In this document: positions 59,374 to 64,000 of the stretch, piece by piece
Layout of the letters: each line of letters starts with the position of its first letter
Position numbering within the stretch: the first letter of the stretch is position 1
Assembly (NCBI GenBank): GCA_946534715.1
Contig: CAMNCW010000026.1
Span: forward strand, 5,611 to 69,610
Length of the DNA stretch: 64,000 bases
Source of the DNA: an uncultured Bacteroidales bacterium
GTDB taxonomy: Bacteria; Bacteroidota; Bacteroidia; Bacteroidales; Paludibacteraceae
Direction of reading: 5' to 3'
Notes under the pieces: model-generated
Database searches by the model: none
The model's input: only the letters and a program-made list of their open reading frames with translations
What the model was told of the DNA's origin: nothing
Position numbers and translations under genes: made by a program

Positions 59374-61956
59374 TTAGTAATCTCCGGAAGTGCTATTTCC
59401 ACTATCATCCATGTCTTCTCCGCCGCCTTCGTAGTCACCATCTTTTCCATGTCGTTTTCCTTGCTGATTACCAAAGTTATAGGTCACGGTAAGGCTGATC
59501 GAGCGGCTATGCCAGCGGTTCTCGCTGAATTGCCAGAATCCATCTCCCCAGGTCGTGTTACGACGTGCGCGGCTGTCCAACAAGTCACGGACGTTGAGTG
59601 CGAGTGCCAACTTCTTGTTGAGGAAGGTGTGACGCAGACCCAAGTCGATAGAGTAACTATGACTGCTTGTACCTTGCGCCACCACGCGCGGCGAACGATA
59701 GCGCGCCGAGATCTGTCCGCTGAAGTTCTTGGTAAAGAGGAACTGCGCGTTTACTCGTACTGAGCCTGCAAAGATATTCTGTTGTGGCAGATTAACGGGT
59801 ATTTCTACGCCTTGGTACATGATTGTTTTATCCACCGCAGAGATGTTATTCCAATAGAAGTTAGCGGACGTAGTGAGTTGGAGCAATTCTCCGAAGAGAC
59901 GGTTCTTTGCCACAAACTCAACACCCAATTCCTGACGCGCACCTATATTGAAATAGGTGTTTTTCATCACTTTCGGATCCGCCGGGTCCATGTATTTGAA
60001 GTTCTGTACGGCACCCTCACGGTATTTCCAGAACATTCCTGCCGAAATGGTATGACGCTCCCATGTTTTGAGGTAGTTCAGTTCCAAGTTGTTGGAGTAT
60101 GCCGGAAGCAGATCCACGTTGCCGAAGCTGATGTTTGTGCTATCCGAGAAGTCCATTCGCGGGTTGATCTGGTGTCCCCAAGGACGGTTTACACGGCGTG
60201 TGTAATTGAGTTGCAACTCGTTTCCGTTACCGAAATCATAACTGATATAGGCACTCGGGAAGAGTTGGAAATAGGAGGTGTCCTTCTTATTGGGGAATGC
60301 CGCATATGAGTCCTGAACAGTTCCGAGACCATCTTTGTATTTGGATTCCAGATGACGCATATAATACTCACCACGGAGACCGACTTGAATCGACAGTTTG
60401 TTGAAGAAGCGGTTTCCATATGTGACATAGAGTGCGTGGTTCTGGGTACGTCCGTTGAAATCTGCATAATAGGGGTACAACTCTGTTTCTACGCCTTTCG
60501 CGATGTTGTGCGCATCGGCGGAAGATTTATTCCAATTGCGGGTGTAATCATAACCGGCTTCGAAACGACTTTGCTGCGTCGGTTTCCATTCGTAGTCCGC
60601 TTTGATCTCTATACCCTGGTCGTTGGAAAGGGAGGTCTGCTTCTGGTAAGTGGAGTCGCCCTTTTCAATTTGGGTGTAATCGGTCAACATGTTAAAACCG
60701 AAGTTATTGTACGTGCCGCTGACGATCAACTGGTGGTCATCCATTTTGAAAGTGTAGTCCAATGTGGCATTTCCTCCGGGGTGTGAACCTGTTCCGGCTT
60801 GATCACGCGTGTAGTCACGCATCACAGAGCCATCCGGAGCCGTAAGAAGGAAGGTACGATGATTAGTGTTGTACATCTTGAACACTTTGGGGTCGCTGAC
60901 CATGCCAAAACCGGATACTCCGATCGTGGAGTATTCCGAGACATGGAAGTTCAAACCTCCTCGCGCGAACATACCACCGCCACGGTGTGATTGTACTCCT
61001 TCCTGCACTAAACGGCTCTCAATCAACGAACTATCGAGTACTTGCGAGCCGGTGTTATTGCCTAAGTTATAGCGATCGGTTTTGCTACCACCATTGCTGA
61101 CATGATAGCGGTAACCGAGGTTGAAATAACCGTCAACGATACCGGAGTTGAAGTTGATGTTAAAGCCGACATTTGCTCCGGGAGGCACATTCCATGGAGC
61201 CGCAAGGGAGTAATCAATACCGGCTTGCACTGAACCGTAGTAACCCGCTGTGCGGTCTTTTTTCATAACGAGGTTGATGATACCGGATGTTCCTTCGGGC
61301 GAGTATTTGGCAGAAGGGTTGGTAATGATTTCAATCTTCTCGATGGTTCCTGCCGGCATTTGCTGGAGGACTTGTCCTCTGTTTTCGCTGTTCAGACCAG
61401 CGGGTTTGCCGTTGATCCAGATCTCCACGTCTTCGGAGTTACGGAGCGAGATCGTTCCTTCCTGATCGACATCCACCGAAGGGATGTTTTCCAGGACATC
61501 GGTCACGCTGGCTCCTGCGGAGGCGATGTTCTGATCCACGGTAAAGACTTTCTTATCCAATTCAAAGCGCATCGATGATCCTTGTCCGACCACTTCGACG
61601 TCTTGCAGGACTTGCGTATCTTCTTTGAGGGCAATCTTGCCGAGATTGACATCTTTGCCGGCCACGGTGAGTTCGCGTCTTTGCTCTGTGTAACCCATAA
61701 AGGAAACAACGAGAACGTAGTTGCCATTCGCCATTTCGAGGACGAAGTTTCCTTTCTCGTCCGTGATTGTGCCGGAGAGTGGGGCAGGGTCTTGTCCTTT
61801 GAGCACACTGACGTTTGCAAAGTCAATCGGTTGCTTAGAACCGAAATCAATGACTTTACCGGTAATCTTTGCCGCAAAGGCCAGTTGTGTACAACAAAGA
61901 GAAAGGATTAGTGCTAATCCCAGGAGCTTAACATATGTATAGTTTTCAGTTTTCAT
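59374..61956 (-). CDS. TonB-dependent-receptor-like outer-membrane beta-barrel protein
   Basis: From MKTENYTYVKLL. CarboxypepD_reg-like KITGKVIDFGSKQPIDFANVSV, plug-like region and a large barrel. Confidence 0.8.
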   Translation of the reverse strand: MKTENYTYVKLLGLALILSLCCTQLAFAAKITGKVIDFGSKQPIDFANVSVLKGQDPAPLSGTITDEKGNFVLEMANGNYVLVVSFMGYTEQRRELTVAGKDVNLGKIALKEDTQVLQDVEVVGQGSSMRFELDKKVFTVDQNIASAGASVTDVLENIPSVDVDQEGTISLRNSEDVEIWINGKPAGLNSENRGQVLQQMPAGTIEKIEIITNPSAKYSPEGTSGIINLVMKKDRTAGYYGSVQAGIDYSLAAPWNVPPGANVGFNINFNSGIVDGYFNLGYRYHVSNGGSKTDRYNLGNNTGSQVLDSSLIESRLVQEGVQSHRGGGMFARGGLNFHVSEYSTIGVSGFGMVSDPKVFKMYNTNHRTFLLTAPDGSVMRDYTRDQAGTGSHPGGNATLDYTFKMDDHQLIVSGTYNNFGFNMLTDYTQIEKGDSTYQKQTSLSNDQGIEIKADYEWKPTQQSRFEAGYDYTRNWNKSSADAHNIAKGVETELYPYYADFNGRTQNHALYVTYGNRFFNKLSIQVGLRGEYYMRHLESKYKDGLGTVQDSYAAFPNKKDTSYFQLFPSAYISYDFGNGNELQLNYTRRVNRPWGHQINPRMDFSDSTNISFGNVDLLPAYSNNLELNYLKTWERHTISAGMFWKYREGAVQNFKYMDPADPKVMKNTYFNIGARQELGVEFVAKNRLFGELLQLTTSANFYWNNISAVDKTIMYQGVEIPVNLPQQNIFAGSVRVNAQFLFTKNFSGQISARYRSPRVVAQGTSSHSYSIDLGLRHTFLNKKLALALNVRDLLDSRARRNTTWGDGFWQFSENRWHSRSISLTVTYNFGNQQGKRHGKDGDYEGGGEDMDDSGNSTSGDY

Positions 61957-62392
61957 TTTCAAGCAACCATTGCACGGCTTCTTTGTATCCATCCGTTCCA
62001 TGCCCAATTATCGTGTGGGCGCACACGTCTGTGAGTAAACTAATATTTCTAAAAGGTTCGCGCGCGTGTATATCCGAGATGTGTACTTCCACAACGGGTA
62101 GCCGGCAATCCTCGACGGCGTCTCTCAAAGAAACGGATGTGTGGGTGTAACCGGCGGCATTTAGCACAATACCGAGGCACTTGTCATTGGACATTTGATA
62201 TTTGTCATTTGACATTTGGATCCAGTCTATGAGATCGCCTTCGTGGTTGGATTGATGATATACAAAATGCACATCGGGCCAATTTCGTTGGATGTCCAAC
62301 AAAATCTGTGCCATTGTTTTGGAACCGTATATTTCCGGCTTTCTTAACCCAAGACGATTGAGGTTTGGTCCGTTTATAATGACGATGGTCAT
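61946..62392 (-). CDS. aroQ: Type II 3-dehydroquinate dehydratase
   Basis: IVIINGPNLNRLGLRKPEIYG, QSNHEGDLID and AAGYTHTSVSLRDA motifs. Confidence 0.9.
   Translation of the reverse strand: MTIVIINGPNLNRLGLRKPEIYGSKTMAQILLDIQRNWPDVHFVYHQSNHEGDLIDWIQMSNDKYQMSNDKCLGIVLNAAGYTHTSVSLRDAVEDCRLPVVEVHISDIHAREPFRNISLLTDVCAHTIIGHGTDGYKEAVQWLLENEN
62178..62219. repeat. Heptamer array CAAATGN x6 (42 nt) in frame in aroQ (QMSNDKYQMSNDKC)
   Basis: Minus strand reads ccaaatg tcaaatg acaaata tcaaatg tccaatg acaagtg, a 21-nt super-period duplicated. Confidence 0.9.
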
Positions 62393-62393
62393 T

Positions 62394-62428
62394 ATGTGTG
62401 ATGTGTTATGTTTGATGTGTTCTATTTT
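62394..62428. repeat. Heptamer array ATGTKTK x5 filling the rho-aroQ spacer
   Basis: atgtgtg atgtgtt atgtttg atgtgtt ctatttt. Confidence 0.85.
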
Positions 62429-62430
62429 AA

Positions 62431-64000
62431 TTAACGTGCGCCGTTGACCGCGAGGAGGAATTCGTCGTTGTTCTCCGTGCGCTCCATGTACGTTTTGAGT
62501 TTCTCCATAGCTTCTTGTCCGCTCATGTCGGAAAGTTGTTTACGGATCTGCCACATGCGCGAGAGTACATCCGGCGGCAAGAGGAGATCGTCGCGACGCG
62601 TGCTGGAAGCAGGGATGTCCACAGCCGGGAAGATGCGGCGGTTAGCCAGCTTGCGGTCTAACTGCAACTCCATGTTACCGGTTCCTTTGAATTCCTCAAA
62701 GATGAGGTCATCCATCTTGCTACCTGTTTCGGTAAGCGCCGTAGCGATGATGGTAAGACTACCGCCGTTTTCAATGTTACGCGCTGCTCCGAAGAAGCGT
62801 TTGGGTTTATGCAAAGCCTGTGCTTCGACACCGCCGGAAAGGACTTTACCGGAAGAAGGCGCTACGGTATTGTATGCACGTGCGAGACGTGTGATGGAGT
62901 CGAGCAGGATTACTACGTCATGTCCGCTCTCGACAAGACGTTTGGCTTTTTCGTGCACGATATTTGCTACCTTGACGTGGTTCTCCGCCGGTTCGTCGAA
63001 AGTAGAAGCGATAACTTCTGCATCGACGCTACGCGCCATGTCCGTAACCTCTTCCGGACGCTCGTCAATGAGGAGAACAATCATATAAACCTCGGGGTTA
63101 TTTTTGAGGATGGCGTTCGCTAACTCTTTGAGTAATACGGTTTTACCGGTTTTAGGTTGAGCAACAATCAAGCCGCGCTGACCTTTACCAATAGGCGCAA
63201 AGAGATCAATCATGCGGACGCTGAGAGAATCGTTGTAACCCGTGCAGAGTTTAAATTTCTGATCCGGGAAGAGCGGAATGAGGTTCTCAAAAGCGATACG
63301 CTGTTTCGCCATTTCAGGTGCCAAGCCGTTGATGCGGATCACTTTGTCCATAGGGAAGAACTTGTCCGGCTGCGGGTTGACGCGGATAGAGCACTCGACG
63401 GTGTCACCGGGTTTGAGTCCGTATTGACGCACCTGATCTTTGCTGACATAGATGTCATCGGGGCTCGGGAGGTAGTTGTAGTCCGCCGAGCGGAGGAATC
63501 CATAGCCATCCGGGGCACATTCGAGTGTGCCCATGGCAATCACTTTTTCTCCTAATTCGGGAATGACAATCTCCGGCTCTTCGGGCTGCTGCGGTTCTTC
63601 CTCTTTCGGCATTTCCTGTTCCGGAGCAGCTACTTGTGGTTCGGGAGCGGGTTCTTCGAAGAGTTGCGGCTGCTCAGCAGGCTCTGCGTTTTTCTTAGGT
63701 CTGCCGCGTTTTTTAGGAGCAGGCTTCGGCGCCTCTTCCTGTTGTTTAGGCTCTTCGGCTTTGGGTGCTTCGGGCTGTTTGACAGGCTCTTCCGTCCCGA
63801 CCGGTTGCGGCGCATCACCTAAGATACCACCGACTTGCTGCACGGTTTTGTTCGGTTTATGGTTATTAGCCGCAATGCTTTCCTGCATTTGAGAAAGTTG
63901 CTCTTTCTCCGTTCCGACCGTTGCCACAATGTTCTTTTCCGCCACTTTGATCTTCTCGGCCGCTCTTTTGACGCCACGTGTGCGTTCGCGTTTAGCAGGT
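62431..64000 (-). CDS. rho: Transcription termination factor Rho with a long P/E/K/Q-rich N-terminal insertion (5' end outside window)
   Basis: Walker [16 protein letters not shown]-binding and ATPase core. The frame stays open past the GTG at 63945 to the window edge (..[23 protein letters not shown]..). Confidence 0.95.
   Translation of the reverse strand, partial: PAKRERTRGVKRAAEKIKVAEKNIVATVGTEKEQLSQMQESIAANNHKPNKTVQQVGGILGDAPQPVGTEEPVKQPEAPKAEEPKQQEEAPKPAPKKRGRPKKNAEPAEQPQLFEEPAPEPQVAAPEQEMPKEEEPQQPEEPEIVIPELGEKVIAMGTLECAPDGYGFLRSADYNYLPSPDDIYVSKDQVRQYGLKPGDTVECSIRVNPQPDKFFPMDKVIRINGLAPEMAKQRIAFENLIPLFPDQKFKLCTGYNDSLSVRMIDLFAPIGKGQRGLIVAQPKTGKTVLLKELANAILKNNPEVYMIVLLIDERPEEVTDMARSVDAEVIASTFDEPAENHVKVANIVHEKAKRLVESGHDVVILLDSITRLARAYNTVAPSSGKVLSGGVEAQALHKPKRFFGAARNIENGGSLTIIATALTETGSKMDDLIFEEFKGTGNMELQLDRKLANRRIFPAVDIPASSTRRDDLLLPPDVLSRMWQIRKQLSDMSGQEAMEKLKTYMERTENNDEFLLAVNGAR

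Noticed and set aside
1007-62428. Short-period arrays as possible CRISPR arrays
   Set aside because: Periods are 7-11 nt with no unique spacers, total lengths are under 80 nt, and no cas genes are in the window. They are not CRISPR.

Overview
The window reads as a Bacteroidota (Bacteroidales-like) chromosome. Evidence: TAnnTTTG -7 promoter boxes, a SusC/SusD pair, T9SS-type C-terminal domains and no Shine-Dalgarno sequences. Housekeeping genes flank the window: rpiB, trpS, mutY, HU, RNase G, tRNA-Pro, prfC, pheT, cdsA, ribF, aroQ and rho. In the centre, 22.7-43.3 kb holds a complete beta-mannan/galactomannan utilisation locus. It carries an AraC regulator, 2x GH26, SusC/SusD, three repeat-module surface proteins, GH36, GH130, a GPH symporter, a 2-epimerase and ManA. 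The gene content is conventional. The unusual signal is two pervasive families of very small DNA elements. (1) Nine copies of a 30-45 bp G/C-rich hairpin element (CTCCCC-loop-GGGGAG plus a G-rich tail). Six copies are translated in frame, in all three frames. Two inverted pairs form ~118 bp cassettes that straddle start codons and encode part of the signal peptide. (2) More than 30 imperfect short-period tandem arrays, mostly heptamers. They fill most of the short gaps between neighbouring genes that I checked and also run in frame through conserved enzymes. As a result, identical DNA and peptide fragments appear in unrelated proteins. Other points worth a second look are a G9 tract in susD, an orphan NrdJ-C-terminal-like ORF, K/P/E/Q-rich extensions on RNase G and Rho, candidate non-coding elements and a reused 48 bp divergent promoter cassette. 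All homology calls come from reading the translations by eye; no searches were run.
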